In this document: positions 55,821 to 64,000 of the stretch, in pieces
Layout: every line of letters starts with the position of its first letter
Position numbering within the stretch: position 1 is the first letter of the stretch
Assembly: GCA_934747775.1 (NCBI GenBank)
Contig: CAKVHA010000001.1
Location: 131,673-195,672 of the forward strand
Direction: 5' to 3'
Length of the DNA stretch: 64,000 nt
From: an uncultured Clostridia bacterium
GTDB lineage: Bacteria > Bacillota > Clostridia > Christensenellales > UBA1242
The notes under the pieces: generated by a model
What the model was told of the DNA's origin: nothing
Seen by the model: only the letters and a program-made list of their open reading frames with translations
Databases searched by the model: none
Translations under genes and position numbers: made by a program

Positions 55821-57836
55821 TTACTCTTCGCTATCCAATTGGCTAGGGTGCTTTTTAAAGAAGTCTTGTTTTGGCTCTAAAAACATTGGCTTGTGATGTT
55901 CTTTGTTTTCAAAGAAATAGTAAATAGGGGCGTCTATATTGTCCCAACTAAATATGTTGTTGCTCACTTTTAAAGATTTAGCAAGATTTTCTGTGCTTGC
56001 TGGCACAACAGGGTGAAGTAATACCATTGCCACCTTACACATATGAAGCGTGTCGGCAATAACTTGCGCTATTGTAGCTTTGTTGTCACTATCTTCGGCT
56101 TCTTTAATGTTTTTAACCCAATATTTGTTTGCGTTTCTAATAAGACTGTCTAGCTCGTACATGACCATATGGAATTTATTGTCTGCCACAAGTTTTTCGT
56201 ATTTTAATATACTAAGTGTGCAGTCTTTAAGTACTTGCTCGCTAACTTCGGCATAAGGAATTTCGCCGTCAAAATATTTTTGCCAAGTGTAAAATAGGCT
56301 GCGTAAAACACGGTTGTAAACATTTGTTAAAAGGTTGCCGTCTTTAAGTACTGGGTCTGGCTCATTTGGGTTTGCATCAGGATTAAACACCTTAGGGCAG
56401 AAAGTTGCGCTTGTGTTTCCCACGCTAAGCCCCAAAAAGTGCATTCTAAGCTGGTCTGATGTGTAGTGTTCTAGTAGTTCTTGTGGGCTAGGTGCATGAA
56501 TTTTTCCGCTACTGCTTGCTTTTGCACCCAAAAACAAACTAAACTTGTTTATAATAAGGTTGCTAAATTGCAATTCGCCTTCTGGTGCAGGCACAGTAGG
56601 GTTTTTTTGAGTGCATAGCCACATTGCGTGTTGTGGAATGCCGTAAAACTGTAAATTGTCTTCGCCCAAAACCTGCCAAATAGCACAATCTTTGCTGCAC
56701 CACCATTTTTTCCACTCATCGGCAGGTTTGCCTTGTTCTTTTAAATATGTTTTTGTAAATGATATTGGCGCCCATAGACTTTCTGGCCAGCAGTAAAAGG
56801 TTAGGTTTTTCATATTATCCACTTCTGGAACTGGCACGCCCCATTCAATGTTGCCGCTAATTCTAAAAGGTGTTAGGGTTTTGCCTGTGCGATATCTCAC
56901 ACCAGCCTTGCTAAGTTCTTGACACGCGGTTTCGCGGTCGGCTAGAGTAGTAAATACTAGCACAAAACTTGCTTTGCTTTTATCTTCCTTAATTTCGTGT
57001 GCTGGCAAATTAGCTTTAACACTATCATAAAGTTCCATTTGGTCTTTTTTAATATACACTTCGGGTTGTTTTAAAAACTCGCGCATTTCCTTAACAGCAA
57101 ATGGTCTAATAGGTGTGTTTTTCTCGGTGTAGTCCAGCCAGTTTGTAACAAGCGGAAGTTGTTTGTGAAGGTCAAAGTACCAGTTTTCAATTTTCTTTAG
57201 TGTAGGTTTTTTGCCGCTTAGCGTGCTAATTGGGTCTATAAGGTCTTGTGGCAAATATTGATGACCAAAATCGCATTCGTCCGCATATCCCTTTTCGCTG
57301 GTGCAACCTTCGTAAGGACATTTTCCAATAACTTGTCTGCCGTTTAAAAAGGTTTGATGTTCTTCGTCAAAAAACTGATATGTGCTCATTTTTTCAAGGT
57401 GCCCGTTTTCGTACAACTTGTTAAAAACTTCGGCGCTAGTAACTGCGTGTAAATCTTTTGCGGGTTTTAGCGCGCTTCCGTAGTAACCGTTAAACTTAAT
57501 TTCGTAGGCGTTCCAGTCGGCAACGTGGCTGCGATATTTTTCCATAACCATATCTTCAATAGTGCCTTTGAAACCCTTTTCTTGCATTTTGCGATAGCCT
57601 TCTAGGCTTGGGCTGCCGTAACAATCGGAGCCGCTAACATAAATTACGTTGTCGCTGCCGATGCGGTCGCGTAAAAACCTTGCCATAAAGTCGGCATAAA
57701 GCGCCATTCCCAAAACGTGCCCGTAGTGCATATCTTTGTTTCCGTAGGGCATTCCCGACGTTACAACAGCACGCGATTTGAATGCTGGGCGGTGTTCAAT
57801 CATATTTTTTAATCTAATATCACCAAAATCTTTCAT
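55821..57836 (-). CDS. metG: Methionine--tRNA ligase-like class I aaRS (divergent signature motifs)
   Basis: MPYGNKDMHYGHV aligns with PYaNG.iHlGH (HIGH). The zinc knuckle GKCPYEGCTSEKGYADECDFGH and the following DLIDPIS match the MetRS connective peptide. GAKASSSGKIH occupies the GAKMSKS position. Confidence 0.6.
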   Translation of the reverse strand: MKDFGDIRLKNMIEHRPAFKSRAVVTSGMPYGNKDMHYGHVLGMALYADFMARFLRDRIGSDNVIYVSGSDCYGSPSLEGYRKMQEKGFKGTIEDMVMEKYRSHVADWNAYEIKFNGYYGSALKPAKDLHAVTSAEVFNKLYENGHLEKMSTYQFFDEEHQTFLNGRQVIGKCPYEGCTSEKGYADECDFGHQYLPQDLIDPISTLSGKKPTLKKIENWYFDLHKQLPLVTNWLDYTEKNTPIRPFAVKEMREFLKQPEVYIKKDQMELYDSVKANLPAHEIKEDKSKASFVLVFTTLADRETACQELSKAGVRYRTGKTLTPFRISGNIEWGVPVPEVDNMKNLTFYCWPESLWAPISFTKTYLKEQGKPADEWKKWWCSKDCAIWQVLGEDNLQFYGIPQHAMWLCTQKNPTVPAPEGELQFSNLIINKFSLFLGAKASSSGKIHAPSPQELLEHYTSDQLRMHFLGLSVGNTSATFCPKVFNPDANPNEPDPVLKDGNLLTNVYNRVLRSLFYTWQKYFDGEIPYAEVSEQVLKDCTLSILKYEKLVADNKFHMVMYELDSLIRNANKYWVKNIKEAEDSDNKATIAQVIADTLHMCKVAMVLLHPVVPASTENLAKSLKVSNNIFSWDNIDAPIYYFFENKEHHKPMFLEPKQDFFKKHPSQLDSEE

Positions 57837-57973
57837 AATATCTCCATAGCAAAAATTGCTTTTTTAATACTAAATTATATAGTTTTTTCAATTTTTTTGC
57901 AAGTATCTATTTGTGTTTTTTACGGCTTTAATATATAATAATTGTATATTTGATAATTAATTAAGGAGTTTTT

Positions 57974-58675
57974 ATGAAAACTGCACTATCTATAATTTTT
58001 TTAGCCCTAAGCGTAAGTAGTTTAATTTGGCTAATTGTTACTAAATGTACAAAAGTTGGAATGCCATTTTTTTGGACAAAACTAATCGCTTCGGTGGCGT
58101 TTGTTGTATCGGGTTTTGTGGCTGTAATGCTAAAAAGCACAATAGAACTTTATGTGTTCTTTGTGTTAATTGGTCTTGTTATGGGTATGCTTGGCGACAT
58201 TTTGCTTGCACTTAAAGAAATCTATAAACCACACGAAGGTCAATATCTAAACGGCGGCTTTTTGTGCTTTGCAATTGGTCACATTATGTATATAATTGGT
58301 TTTTCGTTATACGCAACTAAAAAGGCAGAAATCTTAGTTCCTATGTTTGTTGGTCTTGCTATTGGCGCTGTACTTGCAACACTAATTTGCGTAAACGCTG
58401 GCAAACTTGGCATTGACTTTGGTCGTTTTAAACCACAATGCTATGCGTATAGTTTTGTGCTTTGCATAACAACAACTTTGATGTTTGCTCTTGCCATTAT
58501 GGTTAGCAAGCTTTGGATTGTTGCTGCGGCATTACTATTGTTCTTAATTAGCGACCTTGTGTTGTCACTAATTTACTTTGCACCACGAAAAGACACTAAT
58601 GTTAACTGGGGCTTAAACCTTGGCACTTACTATGTTGCACAAATCTTAATTGTTGCATTCTTAATGTTTGTATAA
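57974..58675 (+). CDS. YhhN-family (lysoplasmalogenase-like) membrane protein
   Basis: About 8 TM helices, with GMLGDILLAL and FAIGHIMYIIGF motifs typical of YhhN. Confidence 0.55.
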   Translation: MKTALSIIFLALSVSSLIWLIVTKCTKVGMPFFWTKLIASVAFVVSGFVAVMLKSTIELYVFFVLIGLVMGMLGDILLALKEIYKPHEGQYLNGGFLCFAIGHIMYIIGFSLYATKKAEILVPMFVGLAIGAVLATLICVNAGKLGIDFGRFKPQCYAYSFVLCITTTLMFALAIMVSKLWIVAAALLLFLISDLVLSLIYFAPRKDTNVNWGLNLGTYYVAQILIVAFLMFV

Positions 58676-58768
58676 CAAAAAAGCAAGTCTTAATAATCCG
58701 CTTAAAAACTGCGGCGGTTGGGACTTGCTTTTTTCTTTTTAATGTTGTTTAATATGTGTTTACTAAAG

Positions 58769-59701
58769 TTATCTTCGTCGCGACAATCTGTTTACAAGTT
58801 TTTGTGCTAGTGTTAGTTTTCGCTCTTGCGTTTTTGGTGAAGTAGTGGGCTTGTTTAACTCGTTAATTTGGTTTAAAAGAGTCATAGGCACATCTTTGTT
58901 TTGTTCAAATATTAGCGGCAACTGGTTTTCGCCAATTGGGTGCGGCAGGCTGGCGTTTCCCACTTCAATTGTGTAGGCAGGTACGCCCAAATATTCCGAT
59001 ACCCAGTCCGAGTATCCGCCAGTGCTGTTTTCGGTTTTTACAATTTGATATCCCGTAACTCCGCTTAATGTTTGCGCAATTTTTAGGTCGCGCGCAAGCT
59101 GTTCGGCGTTTAACATTTCAAAACCATAATAAATCACTTCACCCTTGGTGTGATATGATATCGTTGCGTTTGGCTGGTTTTTGTTTGTAAAGTTAATAAG
59201 TGTATTAACTTCGCGCTCGCTGTTGGGATAGTACCCCACAAAATTGCCCGGTGCAGGGCAAAACACATTTTGACTTCCGCCTCCCCATAATGCGTCAAAA
59301 TTAACATTTAAGTCTACCGCATTGGCGTCAGCCTTCCATTGACTAAAATCGTTTTTACCATCGTTTACGCTTGTTAAAAACTCGCGTAGTTTTTCACATT
59401 TAATGCCTTCTAAGCCATCAAGTACCAAGCGTACTCCGTCTGGATTAACCATAGGAATAAAATACATTCCTCCGTCAATGGGCATTTTGTAATAGTATTT
59501 CACTAGTTCCACAATAAGCGAGCTGGTTATGTACTCGCGTGCGTGTATTGCACCTTCCACCAAAATCTGATTACCATCATAGTTGCCTATATGTACCCCA
59601 TATATGGGCTGGCTAAGCAAACTGTATCCCACTGTGAAAAAGTCCACTCCGTCCAAACCTGCTAAGCTGTATATTTGGTTGTAAATGTCGTTTATAGTCA
59701 T
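58769..59701 (-). CDS. M14-family zinc carboxypeptidase (gamma-D-Glu-DAP peptidase-like)
   Basis: Zinc ligands GAIHAREYITS (HxxE) and ISYHTKG. The size fits. Confidence 0.7.
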   Translation of the reverse strand: MTINDIYNQIYSLAGLDGVDFFTVGYSLLSQPIYGVHIGNYDGNQILVEGAIHAREYITSSLIVELVKYYYKMPIDGGMYFIPMVNPDGVRLVLDGLEGIKCEKLREFLTSVNDGKNDFSQWKADANAVDLNVNFDALWGGGSQNVFCPAPGNFVGYYPNSEREVNTLINFTNKNQPNATISYHTKGEVIYYGFEMLNAEQLARDLKIAQTLSGVTGYQIVKTENSTGGYSDWVSEYLGVPAYTIEVGNASLPHPIGENQLPLIFEQNKDVPMTLLNQINELNKPTTSPKTQERKLTLAQKLVNRLSRRR

Positions 59702-59852
59702 TTTTAAAAACTCCCCTTTTTCCTATGATAGTGTATATGTCAAAACTATTTTTTTTGACACTTTACATAAAAATTAATCACAAAAAAAGATTGCAATAGC
59801 AATTTATTACAATCTTTTTATACCTATAGTGTTTTTTATTTAATATAAATCA

Positions 59853-60245
59853 TTATTCGTCGTGATATTTGTATTTTTCGGAAATTAAAAAGTTTAAATA
59901 AACTTCTAGTAGCAAATACACTAGCACAGTAGGGTACAACACAACTTCGTACATATCCCAAAACTTGTGTCCCCAAATGGCGTAGTAAATAAGGCTAGCC
60001 ATAAAGTAAACAATTATAAATGAAAACAGCAAAATTGCGGCAAAGTTTAAAAAGTTAACCCAGCGCTTGTTTTTGTGTTTAAATCGCCTAAAAAGTTTTG
60101 GCAAAACAAGCATCAACACAATTACAAGCATAGCCACAATTAGCCAACACGAAAGAATGTGAAAGCCAATTAGCTCGGCAGCAATGCCCAGTGCAAAGCT
60201 AATAGCTGCACCAAATATTAATAATCCTTCAACGCTTGAAATCAT
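59853..60245 (-). CDS. Small integral membrane protein (130 aa, ~4 TM)
   Basis: Hydrophobic ORF directly downstream of tex. Confidence 0.55.
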   Translation of the reverse strand: MISSVEGLLIFGAAISFALGIAAELIGFHILSCWLIVAMLVIVLMLVLPKLFRRFKHKNKRWVNFLNFAAILLFSFIIVYFMASLIYYAIWGHKFWDMYEVVLYPTVLVYLLLEVYLNFLISEKYKYHDE

Positions 60246-60268
60246 ATTAACGCCCGTTTTCCTTTATA

Positions 60269-62434
60269 TTATTTTTCTTCGCCCTCTGCTGGGCAATCTT
60301 TAATAGTAAGCGAAATACGCTTTTTATCTACATCTACATCTAGCACTTTTACACGCACCACATCGCCAACTTTTAGCACTTCGCTAGGGTGCTTAATGTA
60401 ATCTTTGCTAATTTGCGAAATGTGAACAAGCCCGTCTTGATGAACAGAAATATCCACAAACACACCAAAGTCGCACACGTTTCTAACAACACCAGTTAGC
60501 ACCATTCCAGGTTTTAGGTTTTCTATTCCCAGTAGTTCGCTTTTTAGTTGTGGTTTTGGCAATTCGTCACGAACATCGCGACCAGGTTTTGTAAGTTCTT
60601 TTACAATATCTTCTAGAGTAGGAACACCCACATTAATTGTGTTGGCAACCTTCTCAATGCCTTCTTTTTCCACCATTTTTGGCAACAATACAAGCTTTTC
60701 TTGTTTTATGTCGTCTTTAGTAAGGTTAAAGTATTTTAGTAATCTATTAACCGCCTCATAACTTTCTGGGTGAACACCAGTGTTATCCAAAATGTTGTCG
60801 CCATCGCTAATTCGCAAGAAACCTGCACATTGTTCGTATGCTTTTGCGCCAAGTTTTGGCACTTTTTTAAGTTGTTCGCGATTTGTAATTTTGCCATTTT
60901 CTTGGCGATATTTTTCTATGCTTTTTGCAACGCCGCTGTTTAGTCCAGCCACATATGTTAGTAAACTTGGGCTTGCGGTGTTTACATCTACACCAACCGA
61001 GTTAACACAATCTTCAACCACACCTTCTAGCACTTCTGTAAGACGCGCTTGCGGCATATCGTGTTGATATTGACCAACACCAATTGATTTAACGTCTATT
61101 TTAATAAGCTCGGCAAGTGGGTCTTGCAAACGGCGCGCAATGCTAACCGCACTACGCAAAGCAACGTCAAAATTAGGAAATTCTTGTGCACCTAATTTAC
61201 TTGCGCTGTACACACTTGCGCCAGCTTCGTTAACAACCGCATATTCTACTTTGCGGTCTAACTTTGGAATTAGGTTTGCCACAAATATTTCACTTTCTTT
61301 GGTGGCAGTTCCGTTTCCAATGCTTATTACGTCTACTTTGTCTTTATCTATAAAATATTTTAGTTTAACTTCCGCTTCTTCCACTTTGTTTTGTGGTGGA
61401 GTAGGGTAAATTACTGTGGTGTCTAGCACTGTTCCGTTTTGGTCAATAACCGCAATTTTGCAGCCAGTACGGTACGCAGGGTCTAAGCCCAAAATAACCT
61501 TGTTTTTTAAAGGTGGTTGCATTAAAAGCGGTTTTAAGTTAATTTCAAACATCTTAATTGCTTGCTCGTTTGCCTTGTCGGTTAGTTCGGTTCTAACTTC
61601 GCGCTCTATGCTAGGTTCAATAAGCCTATCGTAGCTGTCGGCGCAAACTTCGGTTAGTAAATCTAAATATGGGCTGTTTTTCTTAATAAACATAGAGTGG
61701 ATTTCTTTGTCTACAAGTTCGCGGTTAACATCTAGCGTAACCTTTAAACATTCTTCGTTTTCGCCACGATTTATGGCTAGCACGCGGTGACTAGGTAAGT
61801 TGTGAATAGGCGATTTGTAGTCTTTGTACATTTCGTAGGTAAAGTTTCCTTCTTTATCTAAAAGCTTTGTAAGAATTTCGCCCTTTTTAAATAGCAACTC
61901 TCTTAGCGACTTTCTTAATTCGGCGTTGTCGGAAATAATTTCGGCAATAATGTCTTTAGCACCTTGTATTGCTTCAGCTGCATTTGCAACTTCTTTTTCT
62001 GGGTTGATATATTTTTTGGCTTCTTCTTCAATGCTTCCGCCCTTTTGCGCAAGTATGAACTCGGCAAGTGGTTTTAGCCCCTTAGCAATAGCCACGCTTG
62101 CACGCGTTTTACGTTTTGGTTTAAACGGACGATATATATCTTCAACTTCGGTTAGTGTAACCGCTTTGTTTAGCGCATCCACAATTTCGTCGGTTAAATT
62201 TCCTTGTTCGTCTATAAGTTTTGTTACGTCTTCTTTACGTTTTGTAAGGTTTCTTAGGTATTTTAATCTATCATCAAAAAGCCTAAGTGTTTGGTCATCA
62301 CAACTGCCAGTTAGCTCTTTTCTATAACGAGCAATAAATGGAATTGTACAACCTTCGTCTAATAATGCAATAATGTTTTCCGTATGGTTTCTGCTAATGC
62401 CAAGCTCCATACTAAGCTGTTCTTTAATATCCAT
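60269..62434 (-). CDS. tex: Transcription accessory protein Tex (S1 domain)
   Basis: N-terminus: ALLDEGCTIPFIARYRKE. A YqgF-like centre. The C-terminal S1 domain is GMVLTGVVRNVCDFGVFVDI...GLVHISQIS. Confidence 0.95.
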   Translation of the reverse strand: MDIKEQLSMELGISRNHTENIIALLDEGCTIPFIARYRKELTGSCDDQTLRLFDDRLKYLRNLTKRKEDVTKLIDEQGNLTDEIVDALNKAVTLTEVEDIYRPFKPKRKTRASVAIAKGLKPLAEFILAQKGGSIEEEAKKYINPEKEVANAAEAIQGAKDIIAEIISDNAELRKSLRELLFKKGEILTKLLDKEGNFTYEMYKDYKSPIHNLPSHRVLAINRGENEECLKVTLDVNRELVDKEIHSMFIKKNSPYLDLLTEVCADSYDRLIEPSIEREVRTELTDKANEQAIKMFEINLKPLLMQPPLKNKVILGLDPAYRTGCKIAVIDQNGTVLDTTVIYPTPPQNKVEEAEVKLKYFIDKDKVDVISIGNGTATKESEIFVANLIPKLDRKVEYAVVNEAGASVYSASKLGAQEFPNFDVALRSAVSIARRLQDPLAELIKIDVKSIGVGQYQHDMPQARLTEVLEGVVEDCVNSVGVDVNTASPSLLTYVAGLNSGVAKSIEKYRQENGKITNREQLKKVPKLGAKAYEQCAGFLRISDGDNILDNTGVHPESYEAVNRLLKYFNLTKDDIKQEKLVLLPKMVEKEGIEKVANTINVGVPTLEDIVKELTKPGRDVRDELPKPQLKSELLGIENLKPGMVLTGVVRNVCDFGVFVDISVHQDGLVHISQISKDYIKHPSEVLKVGDVVRVKVLDVDVDKKRISLTIKDCPAEGEEK

Positions 62435-62591
62435 AAGTACCTCATTTATTTTTTTAAAGCATTCTAATTATATCACACCTTACTTTCTAATCAAAATTAT
62501 ATCATTAAAATTATAAAATTGTTTAGGTTGCTGTAGTATAAAAATTTCCATAATTTGCCAAACTTATATATAGATAGGGATGTGGTTTGTT

Positions 62592-63389
62592 ATGAAAAAA
62601 ATTAAACAATTTGGAATTATCGTGATGGTTGTGGTGGTGTTTGTAAGTGCGGGAATTGTTGCAATAGTGCTGGGTTCGCGTGGCAGCCATATGCATTATG
62701 TGTGTTTGGAAGTGAATCCGCGCGTGGAGTTTATAACCGATAAATCACACAAGGTTACATCACTAAAACCGCTTAATGCCGAAGCAAAAGAATTGTTAAT
62801 TCAAGAAGAGTTTTTAGGGACAAACATAAACGACGCTGTAGAAAAATTTTTAACATTATGTGCAAAAAGCGGATACATTAGAGTTAATGGCAACGACAAC
62901 GCCGTAAAACTTACAGTTATAAACGGACTAAACCAGGGGTTGGAAGTGGAGCTTACAAAAAAGATAAACAGCTTTTTTGTTAAAAACGAAATTTTGGGCG
63001 TGTGTGTAGATGCTAGCACCGATTTGCAGAATTTTAAGGACGCAAAAAAATATGGTGTTTCTAGTGAAAAATATGACCTTATGCTTGCTGCAAAAGAAAA
63101 CGACAACTCGCTAAATTTGAAGGAACTAAAAAAGTATTCCAACCTAAAACTTGTAAAAACCATAGCCGCGCAACACAAGAATTATGAGTTTAGTTACACC
63201 GAAACCGAACTAAACAACAAAGTTAAACTTATAGATTTCCACCGAATAGAATATGAAGAACACCTTAAAAATATAACAGCATTTTCAACAAGAGAGTTTA
63301 AAGAAAAACTACAAAAACACATTAGAGAAAACGGAAAAAAGTACAAATTAAACTGGGACGCAACATACAATGCTTGGCTAGTTGGATAA
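62592..63389 (+). CDS. N-terminally anchored hypothetical protein; start could be 62580
   Basis: TM helix FGIIVMVVVVFVSAGIVAIVL. The rest is K/E-rich with no clear family. Confidence 0.6.
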   Translation: MKKIKQFGIIVMVVVVFVSAGIVAIVLGSRGSHMHYVCLEVNPRVEFITDKSHKVTSLKPLNAEAKELLIQEEFLGTNINDAVEKFLTLCAKSGYIRVNGNDNAVKLTVINGLNQGLEVELTKKINSFFVKNEILGVCVDASTDLQNFKDAKKYGVSSEKYDLMLAAKENDNSLNLKELKKYSNLKLVKTIAAQHKNYEFSYTETELNNKVKLIDFHRIEYEEHLKNITAFSTREFKEKLQKHIRENGKKYKLNWDATYNAWLVG

Positions 63390-63574
63390 CTTGTGTTTTA
63401 TTAGAATTAGTGCGCATTTGACACGGTAATTTAATTTTATGGCAAAAAGTGCTGTGTTATTGTCATAATATTAACATAAACAACATTATCTAATTAAAAT
63501 GGTTTTTAGAATATAATTATTATACACATTAAAAACGACACAAAAAAATAAAACAAAATTTTTTAAAAAAACTG

Positions 63575-63603
63575 TTGACAATTATTTTTTTTGGTTGTAA
63601 CAT
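63575..63603 (+). promoter_or_regulatory. Candidate promoter of the hisS leader
   Basis: TTGACA (63575-80), 17 bp, TAACAT. Confidence 0.45.
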
Positions 63604-63627
63604 AGTGGCAATAGGAGATAGAAATTT

Positions 63628-63669
63628 ATGACAAACTTTATTTTAACTCTACATCATCATAGCAAATAA
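63628..63669 (+). CDS. Candidate leader peptide MTNFILTLHHHSK (three consecutive His codons)
   Basis: AGGAGA (63613-18) lies 9 nt before the ATG. CAT CAT CAT occupies 63652-63660, and the stop TAA is at 63667-69. It lies upstream of hisS. Confidence 0.5.
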   Translation: MTNFILTLHHHSK

Positions 63670-63757
63670 TACTTGCCAATGAATTTTAGTGGCAAGTAAC
63701 TTTTACTATGCCGCTTGATTAAAGTTAAAATAAGTTTTTTTGAATATAAAAAATTAA

Positions 63758-63790
63758 AACATCAGCGAGCATAGTTGCTGATGTTTTTTT
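63758..63790 (+). terminator. Intrinsic terminator in the hisS leader
   Basis: aacatcagc-gagcatagtt-gctgatgtt-ttttt: a perfect 9-bp stem, about 80 nt before the hisS start. Confidence 0.7.
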
Positions 63791-63872
63791 GTTGTTAACA
63801 TTAAAACACGGCAATTACAATTTGAAAATACAAAAAAATATGGTATAACAATGTTAATTAGGAGAAAAATTT

Positions 63873-64000
63873 ATGAAAACAATAGAACCAAGAACTCTTT
63901 CGGGTACAATGGAATTATTGCCAAAAGAGCAAATATTATTTAATCAGATTAAGGACACTATTAAAAGTGTGTATGAAAGTTATGGGTTTTTGCCGCTAGA
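63873..64000 (+). CDS. hisS: Histidine--tRNA ligase, N-terminal fragment (continues beyond the window)
   Basis: AGGAGAAAAA RBS. The sequence MKTIEPRTLSGTMELLPKEQILFNQIKDTIKSVYESYGFLPL fits the HisRS N-terminal pattern GT.D.LP.EQ...N.I......E.YG..PL. Confidence 0.65.
   Translation, partial: MKTIEPRTLSGTMELLPKEQILFNQIKDTIKSVYESYGFLPL

Noticed and set aside
63390-63872. Expected T-box riboswitch upstream of hisS
   Set aside because: I looked for the conserved GGTGGNACCGCG core and a specifier context and found neither. The closest string (ttagtggcaagtaac) is part of a simple hairpin. I interpret the region as a leader-peptide attenuator candidate instead (see findings). A covariance-model scan should confirm this.
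1-64000. CRISPR arrays, rRNA genes, integrases/recombinases, prophage structural genes
   Set aside because: I scanned both strands for regularly spaced direct repeats, rRNA-like conserved stretches and tyrosine or serine recombinase motifs. None were seen. The only sizeable DNA-level repeats found are the 97-bp pair and the 30-nt terminator pair.

Overview
The window is a low-GC, Bacillota-like chromosomal segment. It uses the standard genetic code: TGA acts as a stop, for example at 6782-6784. A glyQS T-box leader and Firmicute-style Shine-Dalgarno sites are present.

Housekeeping genes:
- ychF (3' part), pepF, polA, glyQS, a metG-like gene, tex and hisS (5' part).
- An nrdD / trxB-like / nrdG operon.
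- tRNA-Gln(CUG), tRNA-Leu(CAA) and tRNA-Ser(GGA).

Lineage-specific material interspersed with these:
1. A tightly coupled three-gene operon at 6026-13912. It ends in a 2083-aa membrane-anchored protein built from about 7 degenerate ~180-aa modules plus Listeria-Bacteroides-type repeats.
2. A 4241-aa surface protein gene at 42302-55027.
3. A very AT-rich, roughly 3.2-kb islet abutting the 3' end of tRNA-Leu. It encodes an SDH/ClpP-fold serine protease, an HTH protein with a large C-terminal domain, and two unannotated small ORFs.
4. A two-gene cassette (a transglutaminase-like protein and a KNTase-like nucleotidyltransferase) next to tRNA-Ser and an Mrr-type nuclease gene. The cassette is bracketed by a 97-bp direct repeat that duplicates the promoter and first six codons of the downstream LRR-protein gene.

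Other notable points:
- A class III RNR operon appears to carry its own thiol redox chain.
- A leader mini-ORF with three consecutive His codons, plus an intrinsic terminator, lies upstream of hisS.
- An orphan serine-palmitoyltransferase-like gene is present.

I saw no rRNA, CRISPR array, integrase or intact IS element. All family assignments come from motif recognition by eye. No database search or RNA or protein folding was run.
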